A stretch of DNA of 64,000 nt from an uncultured Burkholderiaceae bacterium (GTDB lineage Bacteria > Pseudomonadota > Gammaproteobacteria > Burkholderiales > Burkholderiaceae_C). How positions within the stretch are numbered: the first letter of the stretch is position 1; each line of letters starts with the position of its first letter. This document shows positions 9,435 through 19,340 of this stretch, in pieces. Position numbers and translations under genes: made by a program. Where the stretch lies: contig CBINKC010000003.1 in NCBI GenBank assembly GCA_966251135.1, positions 9,139 through 73,138 on the forward strand, given 5' to 3'. The notes below the pieces were generated by a model that saw only the letters and a program-made list of their open reading frames with translations, was not told the origin of the DNA and did no database searches.

Positions 9435-9854
9435 CTACCCGGAAGTCCGTGATCCAGCGCGGGCGCCGTTGCGGCGCGCCGGCGCGCGCTTGGGCGCAGC
9501 CCTGCCCGCGCTGCGATGCGCCTTCATCACTTGCTCCAGCCCTTCGGCGGTGCCTCGCAGAACCTGCTGCACAGCCTGCAGCACCAAGCCGCCGATGTCA
9601 CGCGCGACGAGCACGGGCTCCTGGGTGGAGACCTTCGCAAGCGCCGTTTCCAGCGTCTGCGACACCATGCGCCGAACCACCTTCGCGATCTCGCCCTCGA
9701 TGGCTTGCAGCTCCTTCATGGTGGCCGCGATCTCGCGCTTGAGCACCCGCATGTCCGGGCTGCGCGCGGAGCTTGCGCGTGTGGTGGTCGCCGCCTTGCG
9801 CCGTGCGGTGCCCGCCGTGGAGGTGCCCGTCGTCGATCTGGATGCAGTGGCCAT
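9435..9854 (-). CDS. Hypothetical helical protein with basic low-complexity termini (DUF6781-like)
   Basis: GAGGAG RBS; amphipathic helical core (EIAATMKELQAIEGEIAKVVRRMV...LRGTAEGLEQ); Arg/Ala-rich tails. Confidence 0.6.
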   Translation of the reverse strand: MATASRSTTGTSTAGTARRKAATTTRASSARSPDMRVLKREIAATMKELQAIEGEIAKVVRRMVSQTLETALAKVSTQEPVLVARDIGGLVLQAVQQVLRGTAEGLEQVMKAHRSAGRAAPKRAPARRNGARAGSRTSG

Positions 9855-9928
9855 GAAAACTCCTCGTGCAGTTGCAGACGTTCAGACATGGAAGCGCGAA
9901 CCGGGAAACGCAGGCTGCGCTCCTACCG

Positions 9929-9970
9929 ACACTAGGCGTGCGCCTGCCTATTTGGATTGATGCGCGTCAG
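9929..9970 (-). promoter_or_regulatory. FNR/Anr-like box (TTGAT-GCGC-GTCAG on +) with -10 TAGTGT on the minus strand
   Basis: Box at 9957-9970; -10 at 9934-9929 places the centre at -41.5 (class II spacing), upstream of the 9854 gene. Confidence 0.6.
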
Positions 9971-10115
9971 CCGCAAGACACCGGCCCTGGCAAGGTCTCG
10001 CCGTGTCGCGCATCCGCCACGGCGCTTACACGGCAAACACGATGACTCCTACCATGAGTCGCGCCGGCTGGGGCGCCAGCCAGCACCTTCATGGTCAACA
10101 ACAGGAGTACCGACA

Positions 10116-10688
10116 ATGAAACGCTTCATCGCCACCGCGGTTGCTCTCACCGGCATGGCCTTTTCCGCGAGTGCATTGGCCCAGGGCTACGTCGGTGTGT
10201 CAGCCGGCCGCTCGCGCATCGACCTCGACTGCGCCGGAACCACGAGCTGTGATCGCACCGACACCGGCGCCAAGATCTTCGGCGGCTACATGTTCATGCC
10301 GAACTTCGGTGCGGAGATCGCCTACTACGATCTGGGCAAGGCGGAGGTCACCGGTGTGGATTCCACATTGGGCACAGTGACCGGCTCGCTGCGTGGCAAG
10401 AGCTTCGGCGTCTTCGGCGTAGCCGCCGCGCCATTCGGACCGTTCTCCGTGTTCGGCAAGCTGGGAGCCGTGTCGACCAAGGCGGAGGTCGAGGCCAGCT
10501 CGGCGTCGCTGGGCCTCGGCGGCAGCGACTCCGAGCGCAAGACGAATCTGGGATGGGGCCTGGGCGCCTCCTACGAGTTCACGAACAACATCGGCGTGCG
10601 GGCCGAGTTCGAGCGGATACGCGTCGAGTTCGCCGACGACAAGGACGACGTGGATCTCATCACCCTCGGCGTGCATTACCGCTTCTGA
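10116..10688 (+). CDS. Outer-membrane beta-barrel protein (OmpA-like transmembrane domain)
   Basis: Signal peptide ending ALA; GAKIFGGYMF.PNFGAEIAYYDLG; C-terminal GVHYRF (BAM signal). Confidence 0.88.
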   Translation: MKRFIATAVALTGMAFSASALAQGYVGVSAGRSRIDLDCAGTTSCDRTDTGAKIFGGYMFMPNFGAEIAYYDLGKAEVTGVDSTLGTVTGSLRGKSFGVFGVAAAPFGPFSVFGKLGAVSTKAEVEASSASLGLGGSDSERKTNLGWGLGASYEFTNNIGVRAEFERIRVEFADDKDDVDLITLGVHYRF

Positions 10689-10730
10689 GCAGGCCAGGCC
10701 GGCCGGCTACAGCGCGCTCGCCATGCGCCG

Positions 10731-11336
10731 TCACGAACCGTTCTGGCCGCCCGGCGTCTTCTTCGCAGGCACCGGTCTGGCGCGAGGCAGCGGCGGCATG
10801 AGCACCTCGCCGTTCGGGCCCCATTCCACATGGGTGATGCCGGGTTCGATGTCCTCCAGCCGGCGGCGCTCGGCCTCTTCCGCGCCGAGCTCGCCGCGGT
10901 GCACCCGCATCGCGTCCGCGAGGGTGCGTTGTTCTCGCAGCGCCCGCGCGTGGCTCAATGCCGCCTGCACGTGCTCGATCACCTGTTCCGTCTGCCAGGG
11001 TTTGACGAGGTAACGGAACACCCCCACGTCGTTGACGGCCCGCATCACCGTCTGCAATTCGCACGAGGCACTGAGCACCATGCGCACGGCATGCGGCTGC
11101 AGCGCCGACAGGCGGCGCAGGAACTCCAGGCCGTCGAGCTGCGGCATACGGTAATCGCACAGCACGGCGTCCCAGCGCCGCTGCCCGGCCAGCGCGATCG
11201 CCTGTAGCGGATCGCACTGGGCGTCGATACGCAGCGAGCAGCCGAAGTGCTGCCGCAGCAGGCGCTGCAGCGCCGCGATGACATGGGGTTCGTCGTCCAG
11301 AAGCAGCAGGCGCGCTAGATCGGTGTCGGTGGTCAT
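10731..11336 (-). CDS. Response regulator (REC plus short C-terminal extension)
   Basis: LLLDDE, VLCDYRMP, MVLSA, YLVKPW. Confidence 0.9.
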   Translation of the reverse strand: MTTDTDLARLLLLDDEPHVIAALQRLLRQHFGCSLRIDAQCDPLQAIALAGQRRWDAVLCDYRMPQLDGLEFLRRLSALQPHAVRMVLSASCELQTVMRAVNDVGVFRYLVKPWQTEQVIEHVQAALSHARALREQRTLADAMRVHRGELGAEEAERRRLEDIEPGITHVEWGPNGEVLMPPLPRARPVPAKKTPGGQNGS

Positions 11337-11338
11337 GG

Positions 11339-12670
11339 TCAGCTCCTGACGTGCAGAACGAGTTGCAGGCCCTCGCGCCGCTCGTAGTTGCAGATGCGCT
11401 GGATGAGGTCGTAGCTCAGCGCCTGGTCGGCGGCGAGCAGTACCACGCCTTCGGCAGAAACGAAGTCGTGCGCGAGCACCATGCCGGCTTCCAGTTGTCC
11501 GGTCATGAGCAGGCGTGGCGGCGTGAGCGGCCCGGTCCGGGAACGGCGGGCCGGTTCGGTGATCTGCAGGAAGACCTCCAGCACCTCCGGATCGAACTGC
11601 GTGCCGCGCCCGCGTGCGAGCAGCATTCGCGCCTGCTGGAAGCTCAGCGAGGCCACGACGATGTGGCCGAACTGCATGTCGTCGAAGGTGTCGGCCACGG
11701 CGAGGATGCGCGCACCCAGCGGGATCTCCGTGCCGGTGCGGCGATCGGGGTAACCCTGCCCGTCCCAGCGCTCATGGTGCGAGCGCAGCAGCGCGGCCAC
11801 GCGCTGCATGTCATCCAGCGCCATCAACATCTGCTCGCCCAGCACGGGATGCTTTCCGTACTGCGCCTGCTCCTGTGGGCTCATGCGCGGCACCGGCCGT
11901 GCGATGAGCGCATCGGGCATGCCGATGAGCCCGATGTCATGCAGCAGGCCGGCGATGAAGATCTCCTGCACGTCGGAGTCGGGCAGCGCCATGGCCTGCG
12001 CGATGCGCCGGGCGGTCTCGGCCACGCGGCGCGCGTGGCCCACGAGGTGTCCGCCGCGCAGCTCCTGCAGGTTGGAGAAGGCCCTGATCGACGCCAGGTA
12101 GTTCCTCTTCAGCCGCTCATGGGCCTGCGACAGCTCCGCCGTGCGTTCCTGCACGCGCTGCTCCAGGCAGGCGTTCAGCTCGCGCAGCGCCTCGTTCTGT
12201 ACCCGGGTGAGCGCCTCCAGCCGGTCCTTCTCGCGCTGCAAGGCGCTGCGCTCCATCGCCTGCCGCACGGCAAGGAACAGCTCGTCGTCGTTCCAGGGCT
12301 TCTCGATGTAGCGCCAGATCTGCCCGCGGTTCACCGCGGCGGCGATCGACGCCACCTCCGCATGGCCTGTCAGCAGCAGCCGTACCACTTGCGGCCAGCA
12401 CTGCGCCACGCGCTCGAGCAGCTGGGCACCGTCCATGCCCGGCATGCGCATGTCCGACACCACCACGTCCACCCGCTCGTGCTCCAGCACTTCCAGCGCC
12501 TGCTCGGCGCCCACCGCGGTGAGCACCTTCCAGCCGCCCCGGCGCAGCAGGCGCCGGAGCGCGGCGAGGATGTTGACCTCGTCGTCGACGCAAAGCAGCC
12601 TGAACTCGCCAGCGTCGTCGCACGGCGCCTGCGCCACGTCATCGGGGACGAGGATCTGCCCGTCCATCAC
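11339..12670 (-). CDS. REC-HD-GYP c-di-GMP phosphodiesterase
   Basis: REC (CVDDE, VVSDMRMP, KPW); HD-GYP motifs GHARRV, LLHDIG, HHERWDGQGYP, AVADTFD. Confidence 0.9.
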   Translation of the reverse strand: MMDGQILVPDDVAQAPCDDAGEFRLLCVDDEVNILAALRRLLRRGGWKVLTAVGAEQALEVLEHERVDVVVSDMRMPGMDGAQLLERVAQCWPQVVRLLLTGHAEVASIAAAVNRGQIWRYIEKPWNDDELFLAVRQAMERSALQREKDRLEALTRVQNEALRELNACLEQRVQERTAELSQAHERLKRNYLASIRAFSNLQELRGGHLVGHARRVAETARRIAQAMALPDSDVQEIFIAGLLHDIGLIGMPDALIARPVPRMSPQEQAQYGKHPVLGEQMLMALDDMQRVAALLRSHHERWDGQGYPDRRTGTEIPLGARILAVADTFDDMQFGHIVVASLSFQQARMLLARGRGTQFDPEVLEVFLQITEPARRSRTGPLTPPRLLMTGQLEAGMVLAHDFVSAEGVVLLAADQALSYDLIQRICNYERREGLQLVLHVRS

Positions 12671-13551
12671 TCTGTCAAGTTTTCGCGCCGCACCGGCAGC
12701 ACCACGCGAAAGGTGGTGCCCCGGCCCAGCTCGCTACGCACATCGATGCGCCCGCCATGCTTCTTGACAATGCCGTACGACAACGAGAGGCCCAGCCCCG
12801 TGCCCTTGCCCACGGGCTTGGTGGTGAAGAACGGATCGAAGATGCGCGACAGGTTCTCCGGTGCGATGCCGCTGCCGTTGTCGCCCACCTCCACCCACAC
12901 CTGATCGCCCTCGGCGCCGGTGCGCAGGGTGATGGTGCCCCGCTCCGCGGTGATGGCATGCGCCGCATTGACGAGCAGGTTGAGGAACACCTGGTTCAGC
13001 TCGGACGCCAGGCACTGCACCTCGGGCAGCGCGCCGTACTGCTTGACGACATCGGCCTTGTACTTGATCTCGTTATTGACGATGTTGAGCGTGGAGTCGA
13101 GCCCGGCGTGCAGGTCGGCCCACTCCCACTCCTGATGCGTCTCCACCCGAGAGAAGTCCTTCAGGTCCTGCACGATCTTGCGCACCCTTGAGATGCCGTC
13201 ACGCGACTGGGACATCAGCGCGGGAATGTCCTCCTTGAGGAAGTCGAGCTCGATGTCCTCGCGCAGCGCCTTCAGCGCCGCTGCGTGTGGCGTGCCGGCC
13301 AGCGAGGGCTCGGCCTTTTCGTAGGCGGCGAGCACCCGGAACACGTCTTCGAGGTATTTCTCCAGCGTGCCGAAGTTGGAGAAGATGTAGCCGATGGGGT
13401 TGTTGATCTCGTGCGCCACACCCGCGGCCAGCTGGCCGATCGACGCCAGGCGCTCGGACTGCAGGGCCTTGGCCTGCGCCTCGGACAGGCGGGCATTGAG
13501 CGCCTTGAGCTCTTCGTTGGCGTGTTGGAGTTCTTCCACGGTCTGGGTCAT
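12667..13551 (-). CDS. Cytoplasmic histidine kinase without a sensor domain
   Basis: H-box VAHEINNP; N-box NQVFLNLLVNA; G1 DNGSGI; F-box FDPFFTTK; G2 GTGLGL; only a short coiled coil precedes the H-box. Confidence 0.9.
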   Translation of the reverse strand: MTQTVEELQHANEELKALNARLSEAQAKALQSERLASIGQLAAGVAHEINNPIGYIFSNFGTLEKYLEDVFRVLAAYEKAEPSLAGTPHAAALKALREDIELDFLKEDIPALMSQSRDGISRVRKIVQDLKDFSRVETHQEWEWADLHAGLDSTLNIVNNEIKYKADVVKQYGALPEVQCLASELNQVFLNLLVNAAHAITAERGTITLRTGAEGDQVWVEVGDNGSGIAPENLSRIFDPFFTTKPVGKGTGLGLSLSYGIVKKHGGRIDVRSELGRGTTFRVVLPVRRENLTE

Positions 13552-13559
13552 CGCATCCC

Positions 13560-14393
13560 CTATGGGTTCAATGCATTGCAAAGGCCGTCCAGCTCCTGCT
13601 CGACGCGCTCGAAGATCTCGCGGCATTGCTCGGCCGACAGGCCCAATCGCATCCATGTGGGCACCGACAACGGCGGCACCGCCTCGCTGGGCAGTCCCGA
13701 CAGGTCGAGCCCATGGGCGATGTTGTCGGCCACATGAACCAAGTCCACGAGGTTCGCCGGCCCCTGCGCCTGGGGGGCATGGTGTTGGCGGATGGCCAGG
13801 ATCACGGGCACCGCGAAGCACCAGTGCTCGGCGATGCATGCACCCAGCTCGCAATGGTCGGTGCCGAGCACGGCCTGCTCGGCCTCGTGCGTGAGGCAGT
13901 CGTGTTCGGCCTGGTAGTGCAGCGTCTGCGCGAACTCGCCGGGGAAATGGCTGGCCAGCGCCAGACGACCGATGTCGTGTACCAGCGCAGCCGTGAACGC
14001 CGTGGCTTCATCCATCTGCAGCACGCGTGCGATGGCCTGCGCGCACAAAGCGCTTCCGATCGAGTGGCGCCAGTGAGCGTCGAAATCGAACCCTTCGCAC
14101 TGGATCCTCGGGAAGCGACCCGCCACGGCCGCCGCGGCCAGCGCGCCGCTGAGCGTGCGCAGCCCCAGCACGTTGATCCCGTCGCGTATCGAGCCCACCC
14201 GGCCTGCGACACCGTAGAAGGAGCAGTTCGCCAGGCGCAGGGTCTTGGCCGCCAGCGCCTCGTCCTGGGAGATCTTGAGCGAGAGCTGGTCCACTGCCAC
14301 GTCGTCTCGCTGCAGGGCGAGCAGCACCTCGGTCAGGACCCGCGGCAGCGGCGGCAACTCGCGCACACGGTCGATGAGTGCGTCGGCTTTCAT
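13560..14393 (-). CDS. HDOD domain protein
   Basis: LPPLP, DEALAAKTLRLANCSFYG, HWRHS, ALVHDIGRL, DHCELGACIAEHW; start re-assigned to ATG 14393. Confidence 0.9.
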   Translation of the reverse strand: MKADALIDRVRELPPLPRVLTEVLLALQRDDVAVDQLSLKISQDEALAAKTLRLANCSFYGVAGRVGSIRDGINVLGLRTLSGALAAAAVAGRFPRIQCEGFDFDAHWRHSIGSALCAQAIARVLQMDEATAFTAALVHDIGRLALASHFPGEFAQTLHYQAEHDCLTHEAEQAVLGTDHCELGACIAEHWCFAVPVILAIRQHHAPQAQGPANLVDLVHVADNIAHGLDLSGLPSEAVPPLSVPTWMRLGLSAEQCREIFERVEQELDGLCNALNP

Positions 14394-14602
14394 GGCGCCA
14401 CCTCCCGGTACTGCATCAGCAGGGTCAGCAGCGGGTGCGACTGTCCCTGGCGCAGCGTGTGGCGAAACAGCCACCGCAGCCGCGTCGCGACGGCGGCCGC
14501 CGCGGGTAGCAGCAGTTCGGGACCGGGACCGGGACCGGGACCGGAACCGGGATCGAGACCGAGACCAGGGTCAGGGTCTCGGTCTGTACTCGTCGTTGTC
14601 AT
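14390..14602 (-). CDS. Small protein with a Gly-Pro low-complexity N-terminus, overlapping the HDOD start
   Basis: GGAG RBS; 4-bp overlap with HDOD; C-terminal RLRWLFRH...LLTLLMQYR helix. Confidence 0.5.
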   Translation of the reverse strand: MTTTSTDRDPDPGLGLDPGSGPGPGPGPELLLPAAAAVATRLRWLFRHTLRQGQSHPLLTLLMQYREVAP

Positions 14603-14670
14603 TGGTACTCCCTTGTCGGTTCTCTTTGTCTGTCAGAGCAAATGAGATCCTTCTGTGTGCGTCTCGCCTT

Positions 14671-17586
14671 TCAGTCTGGCGGCACCTCCACGCTGACAGG
14701 CGTCATCAGGAGCAGCTTGCCGCGCGAGTGGGAGCCGCCACTGATGACTCGGCAGGCAGCGCGGTAGCGGTGCCCGGCAAGATCCACGTTGCGGTAGATG
14801 CCGTCGCCGGTTCGCCACAGCGCACACAGTGCAGGCGGCAAGGCCTCCTGCGCCTCGCGGCCGAGCAAGGCAGCGCCGGGGGGCAGCAACACCTCCGCAT
14901 CGCGGTTGACGAAGGCGATCAGGCCGTCGGTGTCGAATCCGATGATGGGCGCGGGCAGGTTCTCCAGCACCTCGCGTGCACCGGCGGCGCGGCCCTCCTC
15001 AAGACTGGTCTGCTCCCGTTGCAGGGCCAGCAGGCGCTGCAAACGCTCGTTGACGTTGGCCAGTTCCCCGTTCGCCTGATGCAGCTCGCGATTCAGGCGC
15101 CGGTTCTCGTCGGCCATGCCCTTCTGCCGGAACGCCTCCTCGATGTGGGCGTGCAGCCTCTCGTCGTCCCAGGGCTTGGTGAGGAACTTGTAGATCGCCC
15201 CCTCGTTCACCGCGTCCGTGATCGACTGCAGCTCGGTGTAGCCCGAGAGCACCATGCGAACGGTGTCGGGGTACAGCGCCTTCGCGCGACGCAGGAACTC
15301 CACGCCGGTCATGCCCGGCATGCGCTGGTCGGACACGATCACGTCCACCTCCACCTCCGCCAGGCGCTGCAGTCCCTCGGCCCCGCTGTGGGCCGTGACG
15401 ATGTGGTAGCCGTCGCGACGCAGCAGGCGCTTGAGCGCGGCCACGACGTTCTCTTCGTCGTCGACCAGCAGCAGCGTGCGGCGCCGCTGATGGCCGTGGA
15501 CGAAGCGCTCGGGCAGCTTGCGCCTCTCGGCGAGCATCGCCTCCAGGTCGCTCGCGCAGACCGGCGGGCTGAAGAAGTCACCCTGCATTCGGTCGCATCC
15601 GTTGGCCAGCAGCAGCGCCAGTTCACCTTCGGTGCTCACGTGGGAGGCCGACACGCGCATCTGCAGGCTGTGCGCGAGGGTGATGACCGCCCGCGTCAGC
15701 GAGACGTCGGCCGGCGTCGACGTGACGTCGTGCACGAACGAGCGGTCGATCTTGATGACATCGATCGGCAGGCTGCGCAGATAGCTGAGGTTCGAATAGC
15801 CGGTGCCGAAGCTGCCCAGCGCAATCTCCATGCCCAACGCCCTCAGTTCACCCAGCGCGCGCGCGGCGTGCGCGACATTGGCCGCCAGCATGCTTTCGGT
15901 GACCTCGAGCCCCAGGCGGGAAGGCTCCACTCCACTGTCCTGGACGATGGCCTGCACGCGCTGCGCGACATCAGGCTGCTCCAGCTGGCGCGGCGAGAGG
16001 TTGAGCGACAACCGCAGCGGCGCTTGCCCGGCCCGCTGCCAGACCACGCTTTGCCGACACACCTGGCGCAGCATCCATTCGCCCAGCGCCACGATGGACC
16101 CCGTCTGCTCGGCCACGGGCATGAACTCGGTGCTCGGCACGACACCGAGCACCGGGTGGTGCCAATGCACCCGCACTTCGGCACCGATCACCTCGCCGCA
16201 CTGCAGGTCGACCTGGGGCTGGTAATGCAGCGTGAGCTCGCCGCGCTCGGCTGCATGGCGCAGGCCCGATTCGACAGCCAGGCGGCGTTGCGCACGCAGG
16301 TTGGCTTCGGCAGTGAAGAAGACCGCGTGCCCAGGCGCGCTTTCCGCGGCAAGATGCATCGCCGCCTGCGCTGCCTGCAGCAGCTCCTGCGGCGAGCGGC
16401 CGTCATGAGGGAAGCCAGCGACGCCACAGCTGCAGGTCAGGTCCAGCTCGGTGCGGCCGAGTCGCTCCGGCTCGGCCAGCGCCTCCTGCACGGCCTGCAC
16501 ACGCGAGAGCACCAAGGGTTCCGCGCTACCAAGGATGGGGTCGAGCAGCAGTGCGAACTCGCCCTCTCCCAAATAGGCCAGCATCTCCTCGCTGGTGCAG
16601 ACCCGCTTGATGCGCGCGGCCAGCGCCGCCGTCAGTGCGTCGGCGGCCGCATAGCCGGCCGAGCGCCTCACTTGCTCGACCTGTTCGATGCGCAGCGCAA
16701 CCAGCGCCAGGGATCCGAAGTCGCGCGAGGCGGCATGGATGGCCTCGTCGACCCTGTCGAGCAGCCGTACGCGGTTGGGCAGCCCGGTCACCTCGTCGTA
16801 GTTGACCAGCTCCTCGACGCGGCTCTCGGCCTCGCGCTGGGAGGTGATGTCCTGCAAGATGGCCACACCGCGCGGCTGCCGCATATCGGCCACCTCCAAC
16901 ATGCCACGGTGGAGCACGACCCGTCGCCTGCCGTCGCCACACACCATGCGATGCTGGAACTCGAAAGGCTCGCCGGGCACCGCGCCGCGCCAGATCGACA
17001 GCACGTAGCGGCGCTCGTCGCGAGGCACCCAGCGCAGCACCACACGCGGCGACTGCGGCTCATGCCTCGGCGGCAAGCCGAGCAAGTCCCACAACCCCGT
17101 CGAGAGGGTCAGGCGGAAGCCGGGGGCGCAGCCGATCTCGACCAAACCGCTGCGGCACAGCGCCTCCGTCTGCGCAAGCATGCGGGCCCGCCATTCGGAC
17201 AGGCGCAGCGCACCCTGCAACTCGCTGATGTCCGTGACGGTGATGAGCTCGCAACGCTCGCCGCCGAACACAACCTGCTGGGCCACCACCCGCGCATCGA
17301 ACAGACTGCCGTCCTTGCGGATCGCGCGGAAGTCGCAGGGAACCGAGGGCACGCCGGCCGGCCGCCATCGGAGCAGCCGGTCGATCCATGCCCGGTCATC
17401 CGGATGGACGGTCGCCCACTGCGGCAGCGCGAGCATCTCCTGCGGCGTGTATCCGTGCATCGCCGCCATCCGAGCATTGACGAACTTCGATCCCCCGAGG
17501 CGGACCACGGCGACACCGGCCTCGACACGGTCCAGCAGAGTCCGGAAAGCGTCGCCGGACTCGGGTGGGATGAGCGACTTCGACAT
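14671..17586 (-). CDS. PAS-PAS-GGDEF(degenerate)-EAL(degenerate)-REC-PAS signalling protein
   Basis: DEVTGLPNR, GEGEF in place of GGDEF, YQPQVDL, EVR in place of EAL, GSFGTGYS in place of DDFGTGYS; intact REC (VDDE, SDQRMP, KPW). Confidence 0.88.
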   Translation of the reverse strand: MSKSLIPPESGDAFRTLLDRVEAGVAVVRLGGSKFVNARMAAMHGYTPQEMLALPQWATVHPDDRAWIDRLLRWRPAGVPSVPCDFRAIRKDGSLFDARVVAQQVVFGGERCELITVTDISELQGALRLSEWRARMLAQTEALCRSGLVEIGCAPGFRLTLSTGLWDLLGLPPRHEPQSPRVVLRWVPRDERRYVLSIWRGAVPGEPFEFQHRMVCGDGRRRVVLHRGMLEVADMRQPRGVAILQDITSQREAESRVEELVNYDEVTGLPNRVRLLDRVDEAIHAASRDFGSLALVALRIEQVEQVRRSAGYAAADALTAALAARIKRVCTSEEMLAYLGEGEFALLLDPILGSAEPLVLSRVQAVQEALAEPERLGRTELDLTCSCGVAGFPHDGRSPQELLQAAQAAMHLAAESAPGHAVFFTAEANLRAQRRLAVESGLRHAAERGELTLHYQPQVDLQCGEVIGAEVRVHWHHPVLGVVPSTEFMPVAEQTGSIVALGEWMLRQVCRQSVVWQRAGQAPLRLSLNLSPRQLEQPDVAQRVQAIVQDSGVEPSRLGLEVTESMLAANVAHAARALGELRALGMEIALGSFGTGYSNLSYLRSLPIDVIKIDRSFVHDVTSTPADVSLTRAVITLAHSLQMRVSASHVSTEGELALLLANGCDRMQGDFFSPPVCASDLEAMLAERRKLPERFVHGHQRRRTLLLVDDEENVVAALKRLLRRDGYHIVTAHSGAEGLQRLAEVEVDVIVSDQRMPGMTGVEFLRRAKALYPDTVRMVLSGYTELQSITDAVNEGAIYKFLTKPWDDERLHAHIEEAFRQKGMADENRRLNRELHQANGELANVNERLQRLLALQREQTSLEEGRAAGAREVLENLPAPIIGFDTDGLIAFVNRDAEVLLPPGAALLGREAQEALPPALCALWRTGDGIYRNVDLAGHRYRAACRVISGGSHSRGKLLLMTPVSVEVPPD

Positions 17587-17716
17587 GCTGCATCTCCCTG
17601 CTCACCTCGGCGTCAGACTGCCACCGCCCGCGTGTCCGGCCTGAAGGTCGTGTAGGTCGTGTAGGTCGTGAAGGCTTGCATGAGCTGGGCCACCGGATGC
17701 GTCAACCGCCTTGCGT

Positions 17717-19273
17717 TCATGCGCAAACTTCGCTGGTGGACGCGATCCTGAAGATCCGCACCGCGTCGACCATCTTGCCGGCTTGCTGCTTCAGACTGTC
17801 CGCAGCCGCGGCACTCTGCTCGACCAGCGCCGAGTTCTGTTGCGTCACCTGGTCGAGTTGGGAGACCGCCTGGTTGACCTGCCCGATGCCGCTCGTCTGC
17901 TCGGTCGTCGCGCTGCTGATCTCATCGATCAGATCGGTCACGCGCTGGACCTGCAGCACGATGTCGCTCATGGTCGACCCGGCGTCGCCGACCAGGCGAG
18001 CGCCCGTTTCCACGCTCGCGACGCTCGCACCGATCAGCGTCTTGATCTCCTTGGCCGCCTGCGCCGAGCGCTGAGCCAGCGCCCGCACCTCCGAGGCCAC
18101 CACCGCGAAGCCGCGTCCCTGTTCGCCTGCACGCGCTGCTTCAACGGCTGCGTTCAGCGCAAGGATGTTGGTCTGGAAGGCAATGCCGTCGATGGTCCCG
18201 ATGATGTCGGAGATCTTCTTCGAGCTGTCCGAAATGGCCTGCATCGTGCTCACCACCTCGGCCACCACGGCCCCTCCCTTGGTGGCTGCCGCGCTGGCCG
18301 AGCTTGCCATCTGGGCGGCGCTGCGTGCCGTGTCGGCATTGTTCTTGACCGTCGCGTTGAGCTGCTCCATCGACGCGGCCGTCTGCTGCAGGCTCGATGC
18401 CTGCTGCTCGGTGCGCCGGCTGAGGTCGGCGTTGCCGGCGGCGATCTCGGTGGAGGCGATCTCGACCGCTTCTGCCGCCTGGCGAATGTTCTGCATCGTG
18501 CGCCCAAGGTCTCGGTTCACCGTGACCAAGGCTTTGAGCAGCCGGCCGACTTCGTCGTGCGACTCCACCCTGATCTGCCGTGACAGGTCGCCCTCGGCCA
18601 CCGCCTGAACCACCTCGACAGCCTGCGTCAATGGGTGCGCGATGCTTTTCTGGATCAGCCAGGCCACCACGACGCCGGCCAGCAGCCCGGCGACGGACAA
18701 CCCGACGATCATGGTCACCGCACGGTGGTAGGACGCATTGGCCTGCTCGTCACGGATCTTGGACGCCCGCTGGATCGATTCGACCACGTGCTCCAATGCC
18801 TCGATATGCGCGGCCTGTGCGGGCCTGACTTCTTCGCGCATCACCTGGGCGGCGCCCGCCATGTCATCTCCCATCGACCGGTCGATCGCCTTGGCCATCG
18901 GCGCCTTGAGAGCCTCCAGCATGACCGCTGTCTTTTCGAGCGCGGTCTTGACCTCCGGCTCGATCGGCATGGCCGACAGCGTCGCGAGGGTCCGGTCGTA
19001 CTCCGCCCGGTCCTTCTTCATGCGATCGAACTCCTTCTTCTTGTAGGCCACGTCGTCTTGCATCAATGCATCGCGCAAGGCCGTTCCCTGGGCGCGGGCC
19101 AGGTCGCGCATCGCATTGGCAAGGCGCTCCGGGGCCTCGCCCGTCACCGCCTCCAGGTCGCTCTTGATGGCGGACAACCTGCTGAGCGAAATGGCGCTGA
19201 CGAGCACCATGAGCGCAAGGACGATTGCGAAACCACCAACCAGGCGCACACCAACATTCAGATTCTTGAACAT
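17717..19273 (-). CDS. Methyl-accepting chemotaxis protein (four-helix-bundle sensor, HAMP)
   Basis: Two TMs, [38 protein letters not shown] hairpin tip. Confidence 0.96.
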   Translation of the reverse strand: MFKNLNVGVRLVGGFAIVLALMVLVSAISLSRLSAIKSDLEAVTGEAPERLANAMRDLARAQGTALRDALMQDDVAYKKKEFDRMKKDRAEYDRTLATLSAMPIEPEVKTALEKTAVMLEALKAPMAKAIDRSMGDDMAGAAQVMREEVRPAQAAHIEALEHVVESIQRASKIRDEQANASYHRAVTMIVGLSVAGLLAGVVVAWLIQKSIAHPLTQAVEVVQAVAEGDLSRQIRVESHDEVGRLLKALVTVNRDLGRTMQNIRQAAEAVEIASTEIAAGNADLSRRTEQQASSLQQTAASMEQLNATVKNNADTARSAAQMASSASAAATKGGAVVAEVVSTMQAISDSSKKISDIIGTIDGIAFQTNILALNAAVEAARAGEQGRGFAVVASEVRALAQRSAQAAKEIKTLIGASVASVETGARLVGDAGSTMSDIVLQVQRVTDLIDEISSATTEQTSGIGQVNQAVSQLDQVTQQNSALVEQSAAAADSLKQQAGKMVDAVRIFRIASTSEVCA

Positions 19274-19340
19274 GGTTTCTCCGTAGCACCGCCTCTGCCA
19301 GGCGGATGCATTTCGCTTGATGCCGAGATCGCGGCGCCGT

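Noticed and set aside
14556-14585. Inverted GAGACC/GGTCTC (BsaI-like) sites suggesting a synthetic cloning scar
   Set aside because: They arise naturally from the surrounding degenerate GRGACC hexamer repeat; no vector sequence is present.
14245-17655. 1136-aa plus-strand ORF and other long antisense ORFs (e.g. 27715-29385, 56784-58583, 870-2252)
   Set aside because: Shadow frames of real high-GC genes on the opposite strand; no recognisable motifs.
17645-17671. 9-bp tandem repeat (AGGTCGTGT)x3 between the MCP and EAL genes
   Set aside because: Too short, with no evidence of function; possibly simple slippage.
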